Shown here one piece after another: positions 33,349 to 42,638 of a stretch of DNA of 55,530 nt. The notes below the pieces were generated by a model. It was not told the DNA's origin and ran no database searches. It saw only the letters and a list, made by a program, of their open reading frames with translations. Position 1 is the first letter of the stretch. Each line of letters starts with the position of its first letter. The stretch is from a virus (Duplodnaviria; Heunggongvirae; Uroviricota; Caudoviricetes), in the IMG/VR virus record IMGVR_UViG_2602041669_000011; one strand, 5' to 3'. A program made the position numbers and the translations under genes.

Positions 33349-33960
33349 TCAAAGAGAAAAACTAAAGCCCAGAAGGGAAGCCAAAGAACTTGAGGATTGG
33401 TTAAACGTGCTGTGCAATGCGAAGGTCATTGGGAATGACTTAAATTCCGTAACCTGATCCCGCGCATAGGTGACATCGCCGGTAGTGACCGGGAATACCG
33501 TCATCTCATTTTCCAGTTTGGTTAAGCCGGAAGACAGCAACCGATAAATACGCACATTGAGCAAATATTTAGATGGTATGTTCCCGGTACCGTCAGGATT
33601 GATCACCCGACTTTTTGCCGTCTTAAACCAGTCCAAAACGAGGCCATCAACAGTGTCCCTGACCATCATTGTTATCTGCCCAGGCGAACGCTCCGTTGGC
33701 TGAAGGATATTCCCTCCGCCGATTTTAATCGTTTCATATTCGATGCTGTAATCGTGGTAGGTAATGTCTTTAGCAAAGAAGTCTGCCCCCTCCAGACCAT
33801 CAACTTCGACAGAGAACTGCCATCCTTGCGCGAACAGCATTTTGTTCATGATGATTGACGTCAGCTTACCAACTTCCCGCTCACCAACGCCGGAGCCAAA
33901 TAATGTCGTCGTTAATGCCGAAGATACATAAGACTTTACTGAAGCAACATTAAGCCCCAT
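33349..33960 (-). CDS. Morphogenesis protein (hypothetical, 203 aa)
   Basis: ORF in the late operon upstream of sit. Confidence 0.45.
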   Translation of the reverse strand: MGLNVASVKSYVSSALTTTLFGSGVGEREVGKLTSIIMNKMLFAQGWQFSVEVDGLEGADFFAKDITYHDYSIEYETIKIGGGNILQPTERSPGQITMMVRDTVDGLVLDWFKTAKSRVINPDGTGNIPSKYLLNVRIYRLLSSGLTKLENEMTVFPVTTGDVTYARDQVTEFKSFPMTFALHSTFNQSSSSLASLLGFSFSL

Positions 33961-33970
33961 ATCAGCCCCC

Positions 33971-34580
<610 letters not shown>

Positions 34581-34690
34581 GTCATTTGTCCATTGAGTGG
34601 GAATATTGCCGTCCGGGAGTAATATGGTATCATTAAGTTAGAGTAGGTAGTGTAGATGGAATGAGGAGTATCATATGGTTATCACACAAT

Positions 34691-34765
34691 CAGGTTGCTT
34701 TGAGTCAGGTTGCTTTGAGTCAGGTTGCTTTGAGTCAGGTTGCTTTGAGTCAGGTTGTTTTGAGT
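34691..34765. repeat. Five tandem 15-bp direct repeats (CAGGTTGCTTTGAGT x4, fifth with one mismatch)
   Basis: Seen directly in the sequence. Confidence 0.9.
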
Positions 34766-34776
34766 AAAACAATAAA

Positions 34777-34802
34777 ACGCCCTTTAATGGGCGTATTTTT
34801 TT
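34777..34802 (+). terminator. Rho-independent terminator-like hairpin immediately upstream of the island ORF
   Basis: acgccc-tttaat-gggcgt hairpin followed by ATTTTTTT; an A-run precedes it, so possibly bidirectional. Confidence 0.45.
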
Positions 34803-34812
34803 AGGGTTTAAA

Positions 34813-35706
34813 ATGCATTCTTTACAGAAATACATAAAACATAAATATACTCACTTAACTTTTTTTCTCTCATTACTTTTTTTCATGATATTTGAATCTC
34901 GAGAAGATATTATCAAGAAAACATTATCTTTTTCTCTCGATGAAGTTTTACCATTCTTAATGTTTGCGTTCTTCTCCGCCTTTATCAGCATAACGATAAA
35001 GGAAAAGATAGCAAAAAAATACCCAGAAACAAACGATGGGATTACCATTATAGCTTTAATCTTTGGTGTAACGCTATATAGTGTATTTATATTATATTAT
35101 TTATATGGTGATGTATACCAATCCACAATTGCTTTACTTATAAGTTCTGTGCTACTTGGTTCTGGGTGGTGGGTTCAGGCTACTGTGAGTAAAGTAGCCG
35201 CAAGAAAATCACACACCTTAAATACACTAATGAATCAAAGAAACAGTGAATTATTTCACAAAAAAGTCTCATCGGTAGCGAATACGTTCGGGCTTAGAAA
35301 AACCATAAATGAAATTATTGCCAAACAAAGACTTATCCCAAATGATAAAGATTTAAAAAATAAAAAGGTCCATGATAAATACATATCAGCAGGTAATGAT
35401 ATGTTCTTCGTTCTTAATTATTATGAGTTTATCTGTTCAGGAATAATAAATGGAGACTTTGATGAAGATTCAATGAGAGAATGTCTTGGACAAATTGTTC
35501 CAGGTCTCGAAGTTAGAGCATTTCATTTTATAAGAATTGCAAGAGAAATTTCAGGGAGTAGCTGCTTCTGTAATTTTGTTGCTGTTTCAGATAAATGGTC
35601 TACTAATGGAGGCTCTCTTATTCTCAGACACGAGAAAGGAGAACCTGTGATCAATAACCTGACCCATTGCTTTGAAGAAACAGACTGTTATAACACAACA
35701 TCTTAA
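34813..35706 (+). CDS. AT-rich cargo: polytopic membrane protein with C-terminal soluble domain (297 aa)
   Basis: Long ORF in markedly AT-rich DNA; about four N-terminal hydrophobic helices then a roughly 170-aa hydrophilic domain; no motif recognised. Confidence 0.6.
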   Translation: MHSLQKYIKHKYTHLTFFLSLLFFMIFESREDIIKKTLSFSLDEVLPFLMFAFFSAFISITIKEKIAKKYPETNDGITIIALIFGVTLYSVFILYYLYGDVYQSTIALLISSVLLGSGWWVQATVSKVAARKSHTLNTLMNQRNSELFHKKVSSVANTFGLRKTINEIIAKQRLIPNDKDLKNKKVHDKYISAGNDMFFVLNYYEFICSGIINGDFDEDSMRECLGQIVPGLEVRAFHFIRIAREISGSSCFCNFVAVSDKWSTNGGSLILRHEKGEPVINNLTHCFEETDCYNTTS

Positions 35707-35748
35707 TATTTTGTAACCCATAATCGCTTTATGGGTTACGTTAAATTT
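35705..35748. terminator. Bidirectional terminator between convergent island genes
   Basis: gtaaccca / tgggttac 8-bp stem with T/A runs on both sides. Confidence 0.5.
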
Positions 35749-35757
35749 GCAATAAAA

Positions 35758-36234
35758 TTAATCGCCGCGCTTTAAGCATCCATCGTTTTTAGCTTGTTGA
35801 TATAATTTACTTAGCCCAGAAAGAGGAAATGTGGCAATTTTTTCATTATCAACATAAGCATCGATCGCATTAGCATTTGAATCTGCTGCATCTTGCCAAA
35901 AGGCATACCACCAAGAATCTCCAACCATTGACCCAAGATTGCTAAAAGGGTATTGCTCACCATCTAATGTTAATACTATTTTACTCTTGTCAGCATTATA
36001 CTCTTTTTTATTATTCGACGACCTTAGCAACAGGCCTAAACTACCGGCACTATCTGGTGATCCATACATGAAACCCATATCACATAAAAAACTTATCTTA
36101 TCACCATTTTGATTATGGATTGTATATTCTCTCCCCCCTCTATCTTCAATTACATTCCATTGTAGAGGATCAATTTTTGCAAATACTCCTGCTGAAATTA
36201 ACGATACAAATAATAAAAACCATCTCATATTCAT
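35758..36234 (-). CDS. AT-rich cargo: secreted/periplasmic protein with signal peptide (158 aa)
   Basis: N-terminal MNMRWFLLFVSLISAGVFA signal-peptide-like sequence; second gene of a two-gene leftward operon. Confidence 0.6.
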   Translation of the reverse strand: MNMRWFLLFVSLISAGVFAKIDPLQWNVIEDRGGREYTIHNQNGDKISFLCDMGFMYGSPDSAGSLGLLLRSSNNKKEYNADKSKIVLTLDGEQYPFSNLGSMVGDSWWYAFWQDAADSNANAIDAYVDNEKIATFPLSGLSKLYQQAKNDGCLKRGD

Positions 36235-36256
36235 TTTTTTCGCTTCTTATCTGTAA

Positions 36257-36607
36257 TTATTCTGCAATATCATTTGCCCATTGCACGGCAGCAAAATGAG
36301 TGCCCAAGCCACTCAGGAAAGCAATTATTCCCAAAACAATACTAGCTGCTGTTGATTCAAACAAAGCACCAATGCTATAGCCAATAGCTCCCCATACTAA
36401 GCTAAAGACAATCATCAATGGTATTGCCAGAAATTTTATTCTTAAACTAAAAATCAGTCCAAGAAATGAACCGCCAAAGGCCCACCATGATTTAGACATT
36501 AAACCTATCAGTATTGACAGAATTCCTATTTCAATAAAGAGAATATTAGATTGCTCTTCATTGAATTTCGCATTTGTTACACCTTTACGAACATGTTCAG
36601 ATGACAT
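36257..36607 (-). CDS. AT-rich cargo: small polytopic membrane protein (116 aa)
   Basis: Three to four predicted transmembrane helices (ILFIEIGILSILIGL, AFGGSFLGLIFSL, AIPLMIVFSLVWGAIGYSIGALF, IVLGIIAFLSGLG). Confidence 0.6.
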   Translation of the reverse strand: MSSEHVRKGVTNAKFNEEQSNILFIEIGILSILIGLMSKSWWAFGGSFLGLIFSLRIKFLAIPLMIVFSLVWGAIGYSIGALFESTAASIVLGIIAFLSGLGTHFAAVQWANDIAE

Positions 36608-36753
36608 GATTAACTATCTCCAGCCACAGATAAAACGCCTTAAAATAACATTTTGTAGCACAAAGTTTCACCATGCAATGGTCAAAGTCTTTGATCCATA
36701 TCAATTAGAGTTATACATTTTAGTTGCATAGCTAATAATTTATACGGACACAA

Positions 36754-36770
36754 ATTGCTCTAATTATTTT
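36754..36770 (+). promoter_or_regulatory. C1 operator-like box upstream of immI (ATTGCTCTAATTATTTT), Op51-like
   Basis: 15/17 match to ATTGCTCTAATAAATTT; positioned upstream of c4-icd-ant. Confidence 0.55.
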
Positions 36771-36897
36771 GTTTTTTTAGTTTCATATGCTACATTAACT
36801 CGCTTGCGTGCTAATGCATTTTCGGTTTATCCTAAACAAGCATCTTAGTAAAACGGATGCCGGGATTGGAACCCCGGATAATGCAAAAGGCGACACA

Positions 36898-36919
36898 GAC
36901 GCCAAAAGCGTCTTTTTTA
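36898..36919 (+). terminator. Hairpin plus T-run between operator and c4 (terminator or attenuator-like)
   Basis: gacgc-caaaa-gcgtc followed by TTTTTT. Confidence 0.3.
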
Positions 36920-36967
36920 TGTCATGCCATCGCACAACCATACGTAGCACATAGCTACGAGATCAAT

Positions 36968-37044
36968 GGTAGTGCTGGCTGGGCTGCCGAAAGGCAGGCC
37001 GGTTCCCTTTTGCGCCGGTAGTTCCAACCCAGTCAGTGCTACCG
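36968..37044 (+). ncRNA. c4: c4 antisense RNA (immI), 77 nt, with tRNA-like terminal helix
   Basis: 7-bp helix between the 5' end (ggtagtg) and 3' end (tgctacc) followed by gCCA; internal segments ggttcc and gttccaa complementary to the direct repeat gattggaacc at 36864-36873 and 37052-37061; lies immediately upstream of icd. Confidence 0.5.
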
Positions 37045-37103
37045 CCATTGAGATTGGAACCTCACGCGGTAGCTCCTTAAATTAGCAAAAGGAGGCTGCC
37101 AAT

Positions 37104-37325
37104 ATGGCTACTATCCCTACCCCAACTCATCCTGAATTTATCTGGCGCTTTTACTCCTGCCAAAAACGTCACTATCACTTCGTTATTGCACCAACAGAAG
37201 ATGAGGCCCGCTCTCAGCTTCCTGACGCCCCATGTATTTTCTCTGCCCGTTTTTCCACTGATTCACGCAATTCTCTCAGTTACTGGTGCCTCCCTGTTAA
37301 CGCTTCTGCTCAGGAGGGACTATGA
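37104..37325 (+). CDS. icd: Icd (interference with cell division), 73 aa
   Basis: 73-aa ORF with AAGGAGG RBS, overlapping the ant start; position and size match P1 icd. Confidence 0.7.
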   Translation: MATIPTPTHPEFIWRFYSCQKRHYHFVIAPTEDEARSQLPDAPCIFSARFSTDSRNSLSYWCLPVNASAQEGL

Positions 37326-38413
37326 GAACGTCATTAGTCACCCGTGAAGAAATGATCGAGGCAATTGAACAGCACACTGCCTGTATCAGCACCAGGGATA
37401 TACCAGGCGTTATTGCCAACTACTTCATGATCACCAAACAACTTTACCGGAGAAAGGACAAGAACGCGGTTCACCGTATCCTGTTGTCTGATATCCGCGA
37501 ATACCTGCTCGAACAGGGTCATCTGAATTACGCAACCGTCGCAGCCGAAGCACGCAAGGAGGCACACAGAATGAAAGCAACTAACGTTAAATCAGAGAAA
37601 ATTCATGCACCTTCAGTTCAGGAATCGGAACTGGTGGTTGTTCAGAATCAGCCGGATGAAATTCCCGTTCTGGAATGGCAGGGAGTACGTGTCGTGACAA
37701 CCGAAACTCTTGCTAGAGGGTATGGGGTCGATGAAGCCAATATTCGCAACAATTTGTCTCGCAACCTTGACCGCTTTGAAGAAGGTAAGCATTACTTTCT
37801 TCTAACTGGTTTAAAATTAAGAGAATTTAAGAACAGAGTAACCGGAAGTTACTCTGTTGGTAAGAACGCCAGAAGCCTTACACTCTGGACAGAGCGCGGC
37901 GCTGCACGCATGTCTAAGATCGTGGACACAAATGAAGCTTGGGCATTCTTTGAAAAACTGGAAGACAGCTACTTCCGGCAAAAAGAACAGCAACCGGTCG
38001 CAATCCCCCAAACATTACCAGAAGCTCTACGCCTGGCTGCCGAGTTGGCAGAACAGAAAATGCAGTTGGAACAACAGCTAGTGGCCGCAGCCCCTAAAGT
38101 CGATTTTGCCGACCGGGTATCAGCGGCTAATGGAATCCTGATCGGGAACTTTGCAAAGGTCGTTGGACTTAAGCAAAACGCCCTTTTCTCATGGTTGCGC
38201 CAGAACGGCATTCTCATGGCTTTTGGTGCGCGCAAAAACGTACCGCGCCAACAGTACATCAACGCAGGGTATTTCACGGTGAAAGAAGTGGTGCTGGATG
38301 ATGAAGATGGCTACCAGATACGGCTGACGCCCCAATTAACGGGTAAAGGCCAGCAGTGGTTAACTCGCAAGCTACTTGATGCTGGTTTGTTAAAACCAGT
38401 AGCAATAAGTTAA
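37322..38413 (+). CDS. ant: Antirepressor Ant (Ant1; Ant2 from an internal start)
   Basis: 363-aa ORF overlapping the icd stop; C-terminal KilAC-type antirepressor domain. Confidence 0.75.
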   Translation: MRTSLVTREEMIEAIEQHTACISTRDIPGVIANYFMITKQLYRRKDKNAVHRILLSDIREYLLEQGHLNYATVAAEARKEAHRMKATNVKSEKIHAPSVQESELVVVQNQPDEIPVLEWQGVRVVTTETLARGYGVDEANIRNNLSRNLDRFEEGKHYFLLTGLKLREFKNRVTGSYSVGKNARSLTLWTERGAARMSKIVDTNEAWAFFEKLEDSYFRQKEQQPVAIPQTLPEALRLAAELAEQKMQLEQQLVAAAPKVDFADRVSAANGILIGNFAKVVGLKQNALFSWLRQNGILMAFGARKNVPRQQYINAGYFTVKEVVLDDEDGYQIRLTPQLTGKGQQWLTRKLLDAGLLKPVAIS

Positions 38414-38425
38414 CAAAAGAAAAAA

Positions 38426-38452
38426 ACCTGCCAGCAAACTGGCAGGTTTCTG
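38426..38452 (+). terminator. Hairpin terminator after ant
   Basis: acctgccag-caaa-ctggcaggt 9-bp stem followed by ttc. Confidence 0.4.
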
Positions 38453-38491
38453 AGCAGATCGACCAACCCGATCTGGATCGAGTTAGAAATA

Positions 38492-38508
38492 TTTGCTCTA
38501 ATAAATTT
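38492..38508 (+). promoter_or_regulatory. C1 operator-like box upstream of kilA (TTTGCTCTAATAAATTT), Op53-like
   Basis: 16/17 match to the consensus; about 70 bp upstream of kilA. Confidence 0.55.
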
Positions 38509-38577
38509 CGTTTTCTAAGTGCAAAGAATCACCATTTCGAGCTGGTGATTGAAGGTTGATGCAAATTTGGAGAAAAA

Positions 38578-39378
38578 ATGCAACAAACATTCAATGCGGA
38601 TATGAATATATCAAACCTTCATCAAAATGTCGATCCTTCAACCACTCTGCCCGTTATTTGTGGTGTTGAAATTACGACCGACCGCGCTGGCCGTTACAAC
38701 CTTAATGCTCTATACAGAGCGAGCGGACTCGGTGCCCATAAAGCGCCAGCTCAATGGCTAAGAACGCTGTCAGCCAAACAGCTCATCGAAGAGCTTGAAA
38801 AAGAAACTATGCAGAATTGCATAGTTTCGTTCGAAGGCCGTGGCGGCGGCACTTTTGCCCATGAATTGCTCGCTGTGGAGTACGCAGGCTGGATTTCTCC
38901 CGCGTTTCGGCTGAAGGTAAACCAGACATTTATCGACTATCGAGCCGGAAGATTACAACCTGCTATTCCGCAGAGTCTCCCTGAAGCTCTCCGTTTGGCT
39001 GCCGACCTAGCAGAGCAAAAGCAACGGCTGGAGCAAAAAATGCTTATGGATGCACCTAAAGTCGAATTCGCCGAACGCGTTGCTACCGCCAGCGGGGTTC
39101 TAATCGGCAACTATGCCAAAGTGCTCGGTCTGGGCCAAAACTATCTCTTCACCTGGTTGCGTGATAACGGAATTCTGATCGCAACCGGTGAACGCAGGAA
39201 CGTCCCCAAACAAGAATACATATCCCGTGGGTATTTCACCCTTAAAGAAACCGTGATCGATACAAGCAATGGAAGCAGGATTTCTTTCACGACTCGTATA
39301 ACCGGCAAAGGTCAGCAGTGGCTGATGAAGCGATTGCTTGATGCTGGTGTGCTGGTACCTGTCGCGGCAACGCGCTAA
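38578..39378 (+). CDS. kilA: KilA (KilA-N plus KilAC domains), 266 aa
   Basis: 266-aa ORF upstream of repL; its C-terminus is paralogous to the Ant C-terminus. Confidence 0.75.
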   Translation: MQQTFNADMNISNLHQNVDPSTTLPVICGVEITTDRAGRYNLNALYRASGLGAHKAPAQWLRTLSAKQLIEELEKETMQNCIVSFEGRGGGTFAHELLAVEYAGWISPAFRLKVNQTFIDYRAGRLQPAIPQSLPEALRLAADLAEQKQRLEQKMLMDAPKVEFAERVATASGVLIGNYAKVLGLGQNYLFTWLRDNGILIATGERRNVPKQEYISRGYFTLKETVIDTSNGSRISFTTRITGKGQQWLMKRLLDAGVLVPVAATR

Positions 39379-39407
39379 CAGACGTAGTAAGAACCACCAG
39401 CATTGTA

Positions 39408-40253
39408 ATGCTGGCTAAAGTCACTTTCCTGAGCTGTATAACGATGAGCGATTTTACTTTTTCTGGCTATGAATTGGCCTGCTTTGTAACACACTCCGGT
39501 CTATCCCGTAGCGCCGGGCATATCCTGTCGCAATGTGCAAATCTCGCGGCAACAACCAGTGAATACTTCATTCACAAGCCTCACCGCCTGATCGCGGCAG
39601 AAACTGGTTATAGCCAATCAACCGTCGTTCGTGCATTCCGTGAAGCTGTAAACAAAGGAATCCTGTCAGTAGAGATAGTTATCGGCGATCACCGTGAACG
39701 TCGCGCTAACCTGTACCGGTTTACCCCATCCTTTTTGGCCTTCGCACAACAAGCCCAAAATGCGCTGATTGAAAGCAAATTAAAGATCTCTTCAGCGGCA
39801 ACCAAGGTTAAAGCTGTTCTCGCTAAGACATTGGCTTTATTTAATTTTTTATCCACACCCCCATGTCAAAATGATACCCCCTCCCCCTGTCAGGATGACG
39901 TGGCAATAAAGAATAAGAAGTCACAAATTAAAAAAACAAAAAGATCAGTTTCCGGCGGTGCCGAAACGACCAGCCTCAAAAAACTGACTTCATGGATCGC
40001 CGAGGCAAAAGCAAAGGCTGACAATCTGCGGTTATCCAAAAAACGCGCTCAAAAACATGAGTTCAAGCAGAAAGTAGAGGCGGCAGCGCGGAAATATGCT
40101 TACCTGAAGAACAAGCGTTCTCCTGATATTGGCGGGGTATCAAACTTCGATAATTTGCCGCATTGCATGACGGTAAACGAAGCTCTTAATGCGGTTTTAG
40201 CCAAAAATAAAGATAACGAACAATGGGGTATACCGGCAGGATTTAGAGGGTGA
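39408..40253 (+). CDS. repL: RepL lytic replication initiator (281 aa)
   Basis: 281-aa ORF directly after kilA; size and order match P1 repL. Confidence 0.75.
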   Translation: MLAKVTFLSCITMSDFTFSGYELACFVTHSGLSRSAGHILSQCANLAATTSEYFIHKPHRLIAAETGYSQSTVVRAFREAVNKGILSVEIVIGDHRERRANLYRFTPSFLAFAQQAQNALIESKLKISSAATKVKAVLAKTLALFNFLSTPPCQNDTPSPCQDDVAIKNKKSQIKKTKRSVSGGAETTSLKKLTSWIAEAKAKADNLRLSKKRAQKHEFKQKVEAAARKYAYLKNKRSPDIGGVSNFDNLPHCMTVNEALNAVLAKNKDNEQWGIPAGFRG

Positions 40254-40256
40254 TAG

Positions 40257-40273
40257 ATTGCTCTAATCTGGAG
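40257..40273 (+). promoter_or_regulatory. Partial C1 operator-like box (ATTGCTCTAATctggag)
   Basis: First 11 nt match the consensus; located at the repL stop codon. Confidence 0.3.
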
Positions 40274-40305
40274 TCACTTGGCGTTTTCAGTTTGAGGTCG
40301 GAGAT

Positions 40306-40549
40306 GCAATCTGATTTTTTACAGTTAGCGATCGCTTTTGCAGGATATGTTTGTATTGGCTTCTGTGTATACATGATCAGCCGAAAAATGCTTGTCGATA
40401 TCGACCGCAAAGAACGAGCAGAGGAGATCTTAGTATGGATTTTCTTTGGCGCGGTCTGGCCATTAGGGATCATGTTTGCTGCAACATTTCTTCTGATGTG
40501 GATATTCCCCCTTCCAGGTGATTTCTATAGGAAAAAAACCAGACATTAA
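40306..40549 (+). CDS. Small two-helix membrane protein downstream of repL (hypothetical)
   Basis: ORF 40250-40549 (GTG overlapping the repL stop) or ATG at 40306; two hydrophobic helices. Confidence 0.35.
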
Positions 40550-40731
40550 TACAATCGCAGCGGGCGCTTGAGGCTATCTGCTTCAGGCATTACCCGACAA
40601 GCAGACAGAAGAAAGCCCCAGATAACATTACGCGTCCTGCAAGACGCTTAACATTAATCTGAGGCCATATCTATGCTTAGCATACGTAGATTAGCCCTCT
40701 CCCCTTTTAAGGAGCAAGGAATTTTTTACTG

Positions 40732-41328
40732 CTATGCCGCCTTTCCAGTTATGGATTCAGCGACAAGAACAACCCCATGCTTACTTCGATCTGGGTGTTC
40801 ACTCCATATCTCGGATTCAGGAATACTTACCCCGTCATAGCAAACACGTTCGCCGTCAAACGGGTAATACTGAGCGGCATCGGTGTCGAGGATAAACACT
40901 TTTAGCTCGGAAGAGCGACGGGCGATGTGTTGCCAAAGAGCTTTTCCACCTTCGTATTGCTCATTATCACTGAGCAAAACAACTCCGGCTTTTGAAGCTA
41001 CGGTTTCATAAACAAAAGTGGCTAAACCGACATCCCGGACGATTCCATCAACCACGATACCTTCAATCTGGGCAACATCGTTATCTTCCCAGAACTTCCT
41101 CACCAGTACGCCTTCAAGCTGTGGGCGACGTTGAAGTTCAAGAGTAGCGACAACCTTATGGCGCATATCACCATCGATAACAGAAGGAGCAGCCTCTATT
41201 ACGGCAGCAAATGGGGTTTTGGAATCCCATATAACCTGGTAAAGCACACCCTGGATGGTAACTCCGTCCAGGATCGAAAATCGACGAGCGACAGTACCCG
41301 GGGAGTACGACATTGGAATCACAGCCAT
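40732..41328 (-). CDS. Hypothetical morphogenesis protein (198 aa)
   Basis: ORF preceded by its own intergenic region and a terminator of the upstream gene. Confidence 0.45.
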   Translation of the reverse strand: MAVIPMSYSPGTVARRFSILDGVTIQGVLYQVIWDSKTPFAAVIEAAPSVIDGDMRHKVVATLELQRRPQLEGVLVRKFWEDNDVAQIEGIVVDGIVRDVGLATFVYETVASKAGVVLLSDNEQYEGGKALWQHIARRSSELKVFILDTDAAQYYPFDGERVCYDGVSIPESEIWSEHPDRSKHGVVLVAESITGKAA

Positions 41329-41454
41329 TTTAGAGTCCCCCCTTTAACAGTACAGGCACAAACATCTACCTCAATAATTGTAGTTTATTAGAACATTAAT
41401 AATCTAACATAAAACTCCAGACAATGTTATCGATGCATTTTTATATAAAAAGGT

Positions 41455-41480
41455 TATAAAAAAAGCTCCCGAAGGAGCTT
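41455..41480 (-). terminator. Rho-independent terminator (minus strand)
   Basis: agctcc-cgaa-ggagct hairpin followed on the minus strand by TTTTTTT. Confidence 0.6.
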
Positions 41481-41500
41481 TAAAATACAAGGGATGACTC

Positions 41501-42010
41501 TTAATCCCACTCAATCCAGTTGTAGACGATACGAAGTGACGGGCGCACAGCGGCAGTCACATCTTCGGTACTAAAGTCGATTGCATCACTGTAGATTTTG
41601 CAGTCCAACATTTCAATTGTTGTAGCAGCTTTTGTCACAGCGTTAACCCCGGAAGATTTGGATTCAGGGGTCGCAGCCATCGTGATATCAACATAGTCCT
41701 TCGCCGCAATGCGATCTTTAATGAACTGAAGAATATCACCTTCGATAGTCTCCACGCACTGGACCTGGATTTCCCCGGAGTTACGGATTGGACCGTGCTG
41801 GTTGAACTTCACACCATTCGGACCATAGTCCTCCACATCCTCGCGGGTCATTTCAGGAATTTGCGACGTGCGAACCAGTACGCTGATATCTTCATGGCCT
41901 ACAAAAGTGAGCTGGAATTCAGAAGATACCAGTCGTTCGCCTTTGGCCGCGTTGGCAGTATAGCGGCCCTTAATAAATTTACGGTTTCCCTTAGTGTTAT
42001 TGTGCCCCAT
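41501..42010 (-). CDS. Putative tail tube/baseplate structural protein (169 aa)
   Basis: ORF in the late structural cluster downstream of the sheath gene; function by context only. Confidence 0.4.
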   Translation of the reverse strand: MGHNNTKGNRKFIKGRYTANAAKGERLVSSEFQLTFVGHEDISVLVRTSQIPEMTREDVEDYGPNGVKFNQHGPIRNSGEIQVQCVETIEGDILQFIKDRIAAKDYVDITMAATPESKSSGVNAVTKAATTIEMLDCKIYSDAIDFSTEDVTAAVRPSLRIVYNWIEWD

Positions 42011-42021
42011 ATAAAATCCTT

Positions 42022-42603
42022 TTACTGGAACGCCCGAACAATATCGGAGCTGTTATATATCGAAGAACCGGTCAACTGGAGGTTGACGGTGTTTTTCAGG
42101 AAATATCCATTACTGTCCCTTGGCGCATCGAGATCAAAACTTAAGTCCTGGATGGCGACATCGGTGATGTTGATCCGGCGACCAATGTTTAGCGTCACGC
42201 GCTCCGGGATTCGACCACCAACATTGGCCGCTTTTAGTTCCGGGCTAATCATGGCTGTCAACGCGGCGATAGCGCCTGAAACTTCAATGAATGGATTGTT
42301 CAAAGCAATGAAAGTTACAGGCAGCGTGAACGTCGGCGGAGTCCCCCCTTCCCAAACCATTAAGCTATTCCAACGGGCAACCGACGTTGTTTCAGTACCT
42401 ACTTGCACAAAACCACCCAGAGCACCAGAAACAGACCCCATGGACATACCGGTAAACGGCGCTTCCCAATTCTGGGCCATGTTCATTGCTGCCCCCTGGC
42501 TGATATATCCGGTAACCTGGTACTGAGAGTTCGTTAAAGTAACTTTCAGAAATGGCGATACACCGTCAGCCTGGCTGTAAACCCCATAAGGTATAGGTGC
42601 CAT
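42022..42603 (-). CDS. Structural protein (193 aa)
   Basis: Co-oriented ORF in the sheath/capsid cluster. Confidence 0.4.
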   Translation of the reverse strand: MAPIPYGVYSQADGVSPFLKVTLTNSQYQVTGYISQGAAMNMAQNWEAPFTGMSMGSVSGALGGFVQVGTETTSVARWNSLMVWEGGTPPTFTLPVTFIALNNPFIEVSGAIAALTAMISPELKAANVGGRIPERVTLNIGRRINITDVAIQDLSFDLDAPRDSNGYFLKNTVNLQLTGSSIYNSSDIVRAFQ

Positions 42604-42638
42604 TCAAGTTAAAGGCCGGAGTTCTCCGGCCTCCTCCT

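Noticed and set aside
34691-34765. Possible CRISPR array
   Set aside because: The repeats are directly tandem 15-mers with no spacers and no cas genes nearby; it is a simple tandem repeat.
36968-37047. Possible tRNA gene (7-bp acceptor-like helix followed by GCCA)
   Set aside because: No T-arm or anticodon arm can be folded with canonical geometry; the element instead carries sequences complementary to flanking repeats and lies in immI, so it is called c4 antisense RNA.
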